Source: Bugula neritina
Lineage: Eukaryota; Animalia; Bryozoa
Assembly: GCA_964035545.1 (NCBI GenBank)
Contig: CAXIUT010000230.1
Coordinates: 1,736,001-1,800,000, forward strand
Direction: 5' to 3'
DNA length: 64,000 nucleotides
Shown here: positions 15,859-29,350 of the stretch, piece by piece
Layout of the letters: every line of letters starts with the position of its first letter
How positions within the stretch are numbered: position 1 is the first letter of the stretch
Translations under genes and position numbers: made by a program
The notes under the pieces: generated by a model
Database searches by the model: none
Told to the model about the DNA's origin: nothing
The model's input: only the letters and a program-made list of their open reading frames with translations

Positions 15859-18800
15859 ACACTGAAACATAAGGCAACATACTGAAATATACTGCAACAC
15901 CTTGAAAAATACTGCAACATGCTTAAACATACGGCAACATACTAAAATACACTATAACATATTGAAATATACTGCAACATACTGAAATACACTATAACAT
16001 ATTGAAATATGCTGTAGCATACTGAAATACACTGCCACACACTGAAGTATACTGTAATATACAGAAATGTACTGTAACATACTGGAACACACGGCAACAT
16101 ACTGAAATGTACTGCGGCATACTGAAATATACTGCAACGTAGTGCAACGTACTGAAATACACTGTAACATAATGAAATACATTGCAACACATTAAAACAT
16201 ACTGCAACATATTGAAACATACTGCAACATACTGAATTACGCTGCAACATACTGAAATATACTGCAAGATACTGCAACATACTGGAATACACTGAAATAC
16301 ACTGTAACATATTAAAATACATTGCAAAACATCGAAATATACTGCAACATACTGAAATATGCTGTAGCATACTGAAAGACACTACAACTCAATGAAGGAT
16401 AGTGTGATATACGGAAATGTACTGCAACATGCCCAAATATACTGCAACACACTGAAACATGAGGCAACATACTGAAATAGACTGCGATGCATTGAAATAT
16501 ACTGCAACATACTAAAATATACTGCAACATACTGCAACATCCTAAAATACACTGTAACATACTGAAATACACTGCAACACCTTGAAAAATACTGCAACAT
16601 ACTTAAACATACGGCAACATACTAAAATACACTATAACATATTGAAATATACTGCAACATACTGAAATACACTATAACATATTGGAATATACTGCAACAT
16701 ACTGAAACATGAGGCAACATACTGAAATATACTACGATGCATTGAAATATACTGCAACATACTAAAATATACTGCAACATACTGCAACATCCTAAAATAC
16801 ACTGTAACATACTGAAATACACTGCAACACTTTGAAAAATACCGCAACATACTTAAACATACGGCAACATACTAAAATACACTATAACATATTGAAATAT
16901 ACTGCAACATACTGAAATACACTGTAACATATTGAAATATGCCGTAGCATACTGAAATATACTGCCACACACTGAAGTATACTGTAATATACAGAAACGT
17001 ACTGTAACATACTGTAACATACTGAAACATACGGCAACATACTGAAATGTACTGCAACATACTGAAATATACTGAAATACACTGTAACATAATGAAATAT
17101 GCTGTAGCACACTGAAATACACCACAACACACTGAAGTATACTGTAATATACAGAAATGTACTGTAACATACTGAAACACACGCCAACATACTGAAATAT
17201 ACTGCAACATACTGAAATACACTGTAACATATTGAAATATGCCGTAGCATACTGAAATATACTGCCACGCACTGAAGTATACTGTAATATACAGAAAAGT
17301 ACTGTAACATACTGTAACATACTGAAACATACGGCAACATACTGAAATGTACTGCAACATACTGAAATATACTGCAACATAGTGCAACATACTGAAACAC
17401 ACGTAACATAGTGAAATACACTGCAACACATTGAAATATACTGCAGCATACTGAAACATACTGCAACATACTGAAATACACTGCAACATACTGAATTACA
17501 CTATAACATATTGAAATATACTGCAACATACTGACTTACACTTTAACATACTGAAATAGGCTGTAGCATACTGAATTACACTCTAACATACTGAAATATG
17601 CTCTAGCATACTGAAATACACTGCAACACAGTGAAGTATACTGTAATACACTGAAATGTACTGCAACATACTGAATTATACTGCAACATACTGCAACATA
17701 CTGGAACACACTGTAACATAATGAAATATGCTGTAGGACACTGAAATACACTGCAACACCCTGAAGTATCCTGTAATATGCTGAAATCTTATGCAACGTA
17801 CTGAAAAATAATGCAACGCGTTGAATTACACTATAACATATTGAAATATACCGCATTATACTGAAATGTAGTGTAATATACAGAAATGAACTGTAACATA
17901 CTGAAATATACTGTAACACACTGAAACATACTCTAACATACCGAAATACACTGTAACATACTGAAATATACTGCAACATACTGAAATGTACTGCAACATA
18001 CTGAAGTATACTGCAACATAGTGCAACGTACTGAAATACGCTGTAACATACTGAAATACACTGCAACACATTGAAATATACTGCAACATAACGAAATAAA
18101 TGGTGAACTAGTGGAATATACTGTAACACAATGAAATTGACTGCAAGATACTGAAATATACTGTAACATACTGAAATACCCTGCCACATACTGAAACATA
18201 CGGCAACATACCGAAATAAACTGCGACACGTTGAAAATTACTGCAACATACTGAAATATACTGCAAGTGGTGCAACATACTGAAATACATTGTGACACAC
18301 TGAAATACACTGCAACTTACTGCAACATACCACAACATACTGAAATGTACTGCGACGCATTAAAATATACTGCAACATACTGAAATATACTGCAACATAC
18401 TTCAACATCCTAAAATACAATGCAACATACTGAAATACATTGCAACACATTAAAACATACTGCAACATACTGAAACGTACTGCAACATACTGAAATATAC
18501 TGCAACATACTGAAATACTCTATAACATATTGAAATACACTGCAACATACTGAATTACACTCTAACATACTGAAATATGCTGTAGCATACTGAAATACAC
18601 TGCAACACATTGAAATATACTGCAACATACCGAAATGAATGGTAAACTAGTGAAATATACTGTAATATAATGAAACATACCGGAACATACTGCAACATAA
18701 TAAAATATACTGTAACACACTGCATTATGCTACAAGATACTGAAATATACTGTAACATACTGAAACGTTCGCAACATACTGAAATACGCTGCAACATACT

Positions 18801-21800
18801 GATATATACTGCAAGATACTGCAACATATTGAATACACTATAACACACTGAAATACACTGAAAAATACTGAAATACACTGTAACACATTGAAATACATTG
18901 CAAAACATCGAAATACACTGCAACATACTGAAATATGCTGTAGCATACTGAAAGACACTACAACTCACTGAAGGATAGTGTGACATACGGAAATGTACTG
19001 CAACATGCCCAAAAATACTGCAACACACTGAAACATAAGGCAACATACTGAAATATACTGCGACACATTGAAATATACTGCAACATACTAAATATACTGC
19101 AACATACTGCAACATCCTAAAATACACTATAACATATTGAAATATACTGCAACATACTGAAATACACTATAACATATTGAAATATGCTGTAGCATACTGA
19201 AATACACTGCCACACACTGAAGTATACTGTAATATACAGAAATGTACTGTAACATACTGGAACACACGGCAACATACTGAAATGTACTGCAACATCCTGA
19301 AATATACTGCAACGTGGTGCAACGTACTGAAATACACTGTAACATAATGAAATATGCTGTAGGACACTGAAATACACTGCAACACCCTGAAGTATCCTGT
19401 AATATACTAAAATGTTATGCAACGTACTGAAAAATAATGCAACGCGTTGAATTACTCTATAACATATTGAAATATACCGCAACATACTGAAATGTAGTGT
19501 AATATACAGAAATGAACTGTAACATACTGAAATATACTGTAACACACTGAAACATACTCTAACATACCGAAATACACTGTAACATACTGAAATATGCTGC
19601 AACATACTGAAATGTACTGCAACATACTGAAGTATACTGCAACATAGTGCAACGTACTGAAATACACTGTAACATACTGAAATACACTGCAACACATTGA
19701 AATATACTGCAACATAACGAAATAAATGGTGAACTAGTGGAATATACTGTAACACAATGAAATTGACTGCAAGATACTGAAATATACTGTAACATACTGA
19801 AATACCCTGCCACATACTGAAACATACGGCAACATACCGAAATAAACTGCGACACGTTGAAAATTACTGCAACATACTGAAATATACTGCAAGTGGTGCA
19901 ACATACTGAAATACATTGTGACACACTGAAATACACTGCAACTTACTGCAACATACCACAACATACTGAAATATACTGCGACGCACTAAAATATACTGCA
20001 ACATACTGAAATATACTGCAACATACTGCAACATACTAAAATACACTGCAACATACTGAAATACATTGAAACACGTTAAAACATACTGCAACATACTGAA
20101 ACGTACTGCAACATACTGAAATATACTGCAACATACTGAAATACTCTATAACATATTGAAATATACTGCAACATACTGAATTACACTCTAACATACTGAA
20201 ATATGCTGTAGCATACTGAAATACACTGCAACACATTGAAATATACTGCAACATACCGAAATGAATGGTAAACTAGTGAAATATACTGTAACATAATGAA
20301 ACATACCGGAACATACTGCAACATAATAAAATATACTGTAACACACTGCATTATGCTACAAGACACTGAAATATACTGTAACATACTGAAACGTTCGCAA
20401 CATACCGAAATACGCTGCAACATACTGATATATACTGCAAGATACTGCAACATATTGAAATACACTATAACACACTGAAATACACTGAAAAATACTGAAA
20501 TACACTGTAACACATTGAAATACATTGCAAAACATCGAAATATACTGCAACATACTGAAATATGCTGTAGCATACTGAAAGACACTACAACTCTCTGAAG
20601 GATAGTGTGATATACGGAAATGTACTGCAACATGCCCAAATATACTGCAACACACTGAAACATAAGGCAACATACTGAAATATACTGCAACACCTTGAAA
20701 AATACTGCAACATGCTTAAACATACGGCAACATACTAAAATACACTATAACATATTGAAATATACTGCAACATACTGAAATACACTATAACATATTGAGA
20801 TATGCTGTAGCATACTGAAATACACTGCCACACACTGAAGTATACTGTAATATACAGAAATGTACTGTAACATACTGAATTATACTGCAACATACTGCAA
20901 CATACTAAAATACACTGCAACATAGTGAAATACATTGAAACACGTTAAAACATACTGCAACATACTGGAACGTACTGCAACATACTGAAATATACTGCAA
21001 CATACTGAAATACTCTATAACATATTGAAATATACTGCAACATACTGACTTACACTTTAACATACTGAAATAGGCTGTAGCATACTGAATTACACTCTAA
21101 CATACTGAAATATGCTCTAGCATACTGAAATACACTGCAACACAGTGAAGTATACTGTAATACACTGAAATGTACTGCAACATACTGGAACACACGGCAA
21201 CATACTGAAATGTACTGCGACATACTGAAATATACTGCAACGTAGTGCAACGTACTGAAATACACTGTAACATAATGAAATACATTGCAACACATTAAAA
21301 CATACTGCAACATATTGAAACATACTGCAACATACTGAATTACGCTGCAACATACTGAAATATACTGCAAGATACTGCAACATACTGGAATACACTGAAA
21401 TACACTGTAACATATTAAAATACATTGCAAAACATCGAAATATACTGCAACATACTGAAATATGCTGTAGCATACTGAAAGACACTACAACTCACTGAAA
21501 GATAGTGTGATATACGGGAATGTACTGCAACATGCCCAAATATACTGCAACACACTGAAACATAAGGCAACATACTGAAATATACTACGATGCATTGAAA
21601 TATACTGCAACATACTAAAATATACTGCAACATACTGCAACATCCTAAAATACACTGTAACATACTGAAATACACTGCAACACTTTGAAAAATACCGCGA
21701 CATACTTAAACATACGGCAACATACTAAAATACACTATAACATATTGAAATATACTGCAACATACTGAAATACACTGTAACATATTGAAATATGCCGTAG

Positions 21801-24800
21801 CATACTGAAATATACTGCCACACACTGAAGTATACTGTAATATACAGAAACGTACTGTAACATACTGTAACATACTGAAACATACGGCAACATACTGAAA
21901 TGTACTGCAACATACTGAAATATACTGAAATACACTGTAACATAATGAAATATGCTGTAGCACACTGAAATACACCACAACACACTGAAGTATACTGTAA
22001 TATACAGAAATGTACTGTAACATACTGAAACACACGCCAACATACTGAAATATACTGCAACATACTGAAATACACTGTAACATATTGAAATATGCCGTAG
22101 CATACTGAAATATACTGCCACGCACTGAAGTATACTGTAATATACAGAAAAGTACTGTAACATACTGTAACATACTGAAACATACGGCAACATACTGAAA
22201 TGTACTGCAACATACTGAAATATACTGCAACATAGTGCAACATACTGAAACACACGTAACATAGTGAAATACACTGCAACACATTGAAATATACTGCAGC
22301 ATACTGAAACATACTGCAACATACTGAAACACACTGCAACATACTGAATTACACTATAACATATTGAAATATACTGCAACATACTGAATTACACTTTAAC
22401 ATACTGAAATAGGCTGTAGCATACTGAATTACACTCTAACATACTGAAATATGCTCTAGCATACTGAAATACACTGCAACACAGTGAAGTATACTGTAAT
22501 ACACTGAAATGTACTGCAACATACTGAATTATACTGCAACAAACTGCAACATACTGGAACACACTGTAACATAATGAAATATGCTGTAGGACACTGAAAT
22601 ACACTGCAACACCCTGAAGTATCCTGTAATATGCTGAAATCTTATGCAACGTACTGAAAAATAATGCAACGCGTTGAATTACACTATAACATATTGAAAT
22701 ATACCGCATTATACTGAAATGTAGTGTAATATACAGAAATGAACTGTAACATACTGAAATATACTGTAACACACTGAAACATACTCTAACATACCGAAAT
22801 ACACTGTAACATACTGAAATATACTGCAACATACTGAAATGTACTGCAACATACTGAAGTATACTGCAACATAGTGCAACGTACTGAAATACACTGTAAC
22901 ATACTGAAATACACTGCAACACATTGAAATATACTGCAACATAACGAAATAAAAGGTGAACTAGTGGAATATACTGTAACACAATGAAATTGACTGCAAG
23001 ATACTGAAATATACTGTAACATACTGAAATACCCTGCCACATACTGAAACATACGGCAACATACCGAAATAAACTGCGACACGTTGAAAATTACTGCAAC
23101 ATACTGAAATATACTGCAAGTGGTGCAACATACTGAAACACATTGTGACACACTGAAATACACTGCAACTTACTGCAACATACCACAACATACTGAAATA
23201 TACTGCGACGCATTAAAATATACTGCAACATACTGAAATATACTGCAACATAGTGCAACATACTGAAACACACGTAACATAGTGAAATACACTGCAACAC
23301 ATTGAAATATACTGCAGCATACTGAAACATACTGCAACATACTGAAATACACTGCAACATACTGAATTACACTATAACATATTGAAATATACTGCAACAT
23401 ACTGAATTACACTTTAACATACTGAAATAGGCTGTAGCATACTGAATTACACTCTAACATACTGAAATATGCTCTAGCATACTGAAATACACTGCAACAC
23501 AGTGAAGTATACTGTAATACACTGAAATTTACTGCAACATACTGAATTATACTGCAACATACTGCAACATACTGGAACACACTGTAACATAATGAAATAT
23601 TTTGTAGGACACTGAAATACACTGCAACACCCTGAAGTATCCTGTAATATGCTGAAATCTTATGCAACGTACTGAAAAATAATGCAACGCGTTGAATTAC
23701 ACTATAACATATTGAAATATACCGCATTATACTGAAATGTAGTGTAATATACAGAAATGAACTGTAACATACTGAAATATACTGTAACACACTGAAACAT
23801 ACTCTAACATACCGAAATACACTGTAACATACTGAAATATACTGCAACATAATGAAACATACCGGAACATACTGCAACATAATAAAATATACTGTAACAC
23901 ACTGCATTATGCTACAAGACACTGAAATATACTGTAACATACTGAAACGTTCGCAACATACCGAAATACGCTGCAACATACTGATATATACTGCAAGATA
24001 CTGCAACATATTGAAATACACTATAACACACTGAAATACACTGAAAAATACTGAAATACACTGTAACACATTGAAATACATTGCAAAACATCGAAATATA
24101 CTGCAACATACTGAAATATGCTGTAGCATACTGAAAGACACTACAACTCTCTGAAGGATAGTGTGATATACGGAAATGTACTGCAACATGCCCAAAAATA
24201 CTGCAACACACTGAAACATAAGGCAACATACTGAAATATACTGCAACACCTTGAAAAATACTGCAACATGCTTAAACATACGGCAACATACTAAAATACA
24301 CTATAACATATTGAAATATACTGCAACATACTGAAATACACTATAACATATTGAAATATGCTGTAGCATACTGAAATACACTGCCACACACTGAAGTATA
24401 CTGTAATATACAGAAATGTACTGTAACATACTGGAACACACGGCAACATACTGAAATGTACTGCGACATACTGAAATATACTGCAACGTAGTGCAACGTA
24501 CTGAAATACACTGTAACATAATGAAATACATTGCAACACATTAAAACATACTGCAACATATTGAAACATACTGCAACATACTGAATTACGCTGCAACATA
24601 CTGAAATATACTGCAAGATACTGCAACATACTGGAATACACTGAAATACACTGTAACATATTAAAATACATTGCAAAACATCGAAATATACTGCAACATA
24701 CTGAAATATGCTGTAGCATACTGAAAGACACTACAACTCACTGAAAGATAGTGTGATATACGGAAATGTACTGCAACATGCCCAAAAATACTGCAACACA

Positions 24801-27800
24801 CTGAAACATAAGGCAACATACTGAAATATACTACGATGCATTGAAATATACTGCAACATACTAAAATATACTGCAACATACTGCAACATCCTAAAATACA
24901 CTGTAACATACTGAAATACACTGCAACACTTTGAAAAATACCACAACATACTTAAACGTACGGCAACATACTAAAATACACTGCCACACACTGAAGTATA
25001 CTGTAATATACAGAAATGTACTGTAACATACTGGAACACACGGCAACATACTGAAATGTACTGCAACATCTTGAAATATACTGCAACGTAGTGCAACGTA
25101 CTGAAATACACTGTAACATAATGAAATATGCTGTAGGGCACTGAAATACACTGCAACACCCTGAAGTATCCTGTAATATACTAAAATGTTATGCAACGTA
25201 CTGAAAAATAATGCAACGCGTTGAATTACTCTATAACATATTGAAATATACCGCAACATACTGAAATGTAGTGTAATATACAGAAATGAACTGTAACATA
25301 CTGAAATATACTGTAACACACTGAAACATACTCTAACATACCGAAATAGACTGTAACATACTGAAATGTACTGCAACATACTGAAGTATACTGCAACATA
25401 GTGCATCGTACTGAAATACACTGTAACATACTGAAATACACTGCAACACATTGAAATATACTGCAACATAACGAAATAAATGGTGAACTAGTGGAATATA
25501 CTGTAACACAATGAAATTGACTGCAAGATACTGAAATATACTGCAACATACTGAAATACCCTGCCACATACTGAAACATACGGCAACATACCGAAATAAA
25601 CTGCGACACGTTGAAAATTACTGCAACATACTGAAATATACTGCAAGTGGTGCAACATACTGAAATACATTTTGACACACTGAAATACACTGCAACTTAC
25701 TGCAACATACCACAACATACTGAAATATACTGCGACGCACTAAAATATACTGCAACATACTGAAATATACTGCAACATACTGCAACATACTAAAATACAC
25801 TGCAACATACTGAAATACATTGAAACACGTTAAAACATACTGCAACATACTGAAACGTACTGCAACATACTGAAATATACTGCAACATACTGAAATACTC
25901 TATAACATATTGAAATATACTGCAACATACTGAATTACACTCTAACATACTGAAATATGCTGTAGCATACTGAAATACACTGCAACACATTGAAATATAC
26001 TGCAACATACCGAAATGAATGGTAAACTAGTGAAATATACTGTAACATAATGAAACATACCGGAACATACTGCAACATAATAAAATATACTGTAACACAC
26101 TGCATTATGCTACAAGATACTGAAATATACTGTAACATACTGAAACGTTCGCAACATACCGAAATACGCTGCAACTTACTGATATATACTGCAAGATACT
26201 GCAACATATTGAAATACACTATAACACACTGAAATACACTGAAAAATACTGAAATACACTGTAACACATTGAAATACATTGCAAAACATCGAAATATACT
26301 GCAACATACTGAAATATGCTGTAGCATACTGAAAGACACTACAACTCTCTGAAGGATAGTGTGATATACGGAAATGTACTGCAACATGCCCAAAAATACT
26401 GCAACACACTGAAACATAAGGCAACATACTGAAATATACTGCGACACATTAAAATATACTGTAACATACTGAAATATACTTCAACATACTGCAACATACT
26501 AAAATACACTGTAACATACTGAAATACATTGCAACATATTGAAATATACTGCAACATACTGAAACATACTGCAACATACTGAAATATACTGCAACATACT
26601 GAATTACACTATAACATATTGAAATATACTGCAACATACTGAATTACACTTTAACATACTGAAATAGGCTGTAGCATACTGAATTACACTCTAACATACT
26701 GAAATATGCTCTAGCATACTGAAATACACTGCAACACAGTGAAGTATAGTGTAATACACTGAAATGTACTGCAACATACTGAATTATACTGCAACATACT
26801 GCAAGATACTGGAACACACTGTAACATACTGAAATACACTGTGACCCACTGAAATACACTGCAACATACTGCAATATACTGCAACATACTGAATTACACT
26901 GTAACATATTGAAATACACTGCAACATACTGCAACATACTGAAATACACTGGAACTTACTGAAATATACTGCGACACATTAGAATATACTGTGACATACT
27001 GAAATATACTTCAACATACTGTAACATACTAAAATACACTGTAACATACTGAAATACATTGCTACACATTGAAATATACTGCAACATACTGAAACATACT
27101 GCAACATACTGAAATATACTGCAACATACTGAATTACACTATAACATATTGAAATATACTGCAACATACTGAATTACACTCTAACATACCGAAATATGCT
27201 GTAGCATACTGAAATACACTGCCACACACTGAAGTATACTGTACTATACAGAAATGTACTGTAACGTACTGAAACACATGGCAAAATACTGAAATGTACT
27301 GCAACATACTGAAATATACTGCAACGTAGTGCAACGTACTGAAATACACTGTAACATAATGAAATACATTGCAACATACTGAAATATACTGCAACATACT
27401 GCAACATACTAAAATACACTGCAACATACTGAAATACATTGCAACACATTCAAACATACTGCAACATACTGAAACGTACTGCAACATACTGAAATATACT
27501 GCAACATACTGAAATACTCTATAACATATTGAAATATACTGCAACATACTGACTTACACTCTAACATACTGAAATATGCTGTAGCATACTGAAATACACT
27601 GCAACACATTGAAATATACTGCAACATACCGAAATGAATGGTAAACTAGTGAAATATACTGTAACATAATGAAACATACCGGAACATACTGCAACATAAT
27701 AAAATATACTGTAACACACTGAAATATACTGCAACATACTGAAATACACTGAAATACACTGTAACATAATGAAATACACTGCGACACATTAAAACATACT

Positions 27801-28594
27801 GCAACACACTGAAACATACGGCAACCTACCGAATCATACTGCGACACGTTGAAAAACACTGCAACATACTGAAATATACTGCAAGTGGTGGAACATACTG
27901 AAATACACTGTGACACACTAAAAAACACTGCAACATACTGCAGCATATTGCAACATACTGAAATACACCGTAACATATTGAAGTACACTGCAACATACTG
28001 CAACATACTGAAATATACTGGAACTTACTGAAATATACTGCGACACATTAAAATATACTGTACATACTGAAATATGCTTCAACATACTGAAATATACTGC
28101 AACATACTGAATTACACTATAACATATTGAAATATACTGCAACATACTGAATTACACTCTAACATACTGAAATATGCTGTAGCATACTGAAATACACTGC
28201 CACACACTGAAGTATACTGTAATATACATAAATGTACTGTAACATACTGAAACACACAGCAACATACTGAAATGTACTGCAACATACTGAAATATACTGC
28301 AACGTAGTGCAACGTACTGAAAGACACTGTAACATAATGAAATACATTGCAACACATTAAAACATACTGCAACATATGGAAACATACTGCAACATACTGA
28401 ATTACACTCTAACATACTGAAATATGCTCTAGCATACTGAAATACACTGCAACACACTGAAGTATACTGTAATACACTGAAATGTACTGCAACATACTGA
28501 ATTATACTGCAACATACTGCAACGTACTGGAACACACTGTAACATAATGAAATATGCTGTAGCACACTGGAATATACTGCAACACCCTGAAGTA
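15859..28594 (+). repeat. 10-bp tandem satellite, block 2
   Basis: Same monomers and orientation as block 1; shares diagnostic variant modules with it. Confidence 0.98.
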
Positions 28595-29350
28595 CACAGG
28601 ATAGTTAAGGGCATCCTCACTAAGAATATCATAAATTTCTCTCAAAATGTAGTTTAGGTTCTTGAATAATACTACTCTGCGGGTGACATGCGTGTTGCCT
28701 ACTTGCAATTGTTTAGCCTAAGATTAAACTACAACCAATAAGCAGCAACCTTCATTAGGGCTGTGTTATCTATCAACATTCCATTATAGGCGCTACATAA
28801 ACAAAATACCAAGCAACCTATTCATTGTAGCCTGTCGGCTAGCAAGCCTATAATTAGCATGTACGCGCCAATATCTTCTCATCCCTACGTGCTCATTGAA
28901 GCGTGAAGCACTGCGCGCTGCTAATTTACTTTGAAAAAATATGGCATTTTCAGTGTATAAATCACCAATTTGTGGGCAATCTAGAAGAGTTATTGGAAAA
29001 AGAAAAAAACTTACCCTGGAGAAATATCTCAGGATTCCAGCAGTGCAATTTTTATTCAGATATCATGCTTTGCTGCTGAGATATTTTACTGGTACTGAAA
29101 AGTCAGCTTTTCAGGCAAAATTGGCCAAAATTGGGCAGTTTTTTGTCTATAACTTTGCAAAAAAAATGAAAATTGAAATTTCCAAAAAACTTACCCTGGA
29201 GAAAAAGAAGATCTACAGTATAGTTTTTGAATTTTGACTCTAGCACAATTAGGTGAGATTTTATTTTACTGGTACTGAATTCTTATATGATTACAATGCA
29301 AACCTCAGCAAGGTAGTTGCAGCTAAAAGGTTGCCTTTAACTATCCTGTG
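28595..29350. mobile_element. Non-autonomous DNA transposon B (MITE-like), 756 bp
   Basis: 23-bp TIR with 2 mismatches: CACAGGATAGTTAAGGGCATCCT (28595-28617) versus CACAGGATAGTTAAAGGCAACCT (reverse complement of 29328-29350). TA on both sides. The empty paralogous site near 34508 (CCCTGAAGTATACTGTAA) differs in offset by 758 = 756+2. No recognisable transposase. Confidence 0.92.
29004..29279 (+). repeat. Subterminal 180-bp-period repeat inside element B
   Basis: AAAAAACTTACCCTGGAGAAA at 29004 and 29184; TATTTTACTGGTACTGAA at 29082 and 29262. Both pairs are exactly 180 bp apart. Confidence 0.85.

Noticed and set aside
975-26232. Recurrent plus-strand 60-100 aa ORF MKHTGTYCNIIKY...
   Set aside because: A chance stop-free frame in one duplicated satellite module; it recurs only because the module does.
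28941-29237. 98-aa ORF in element B with KKLTLEK twice
   Set aside because: The peptide repeat simply reflects the 180-bp DNA repeat. There are no recognisable transposase motifs, and the two truncated relatives differ from each other by a frameshifting 1-bp indel in this region.
28595-29350. Tc1/mariner assignment for element B because of the TA TSD
   Set aside because: Not excluded, since both B insertions follow TA. However, TA is very frequent in this satellite and B's terminus matches element A, which duplicated AC, so CMC/EnSpm is preferred.
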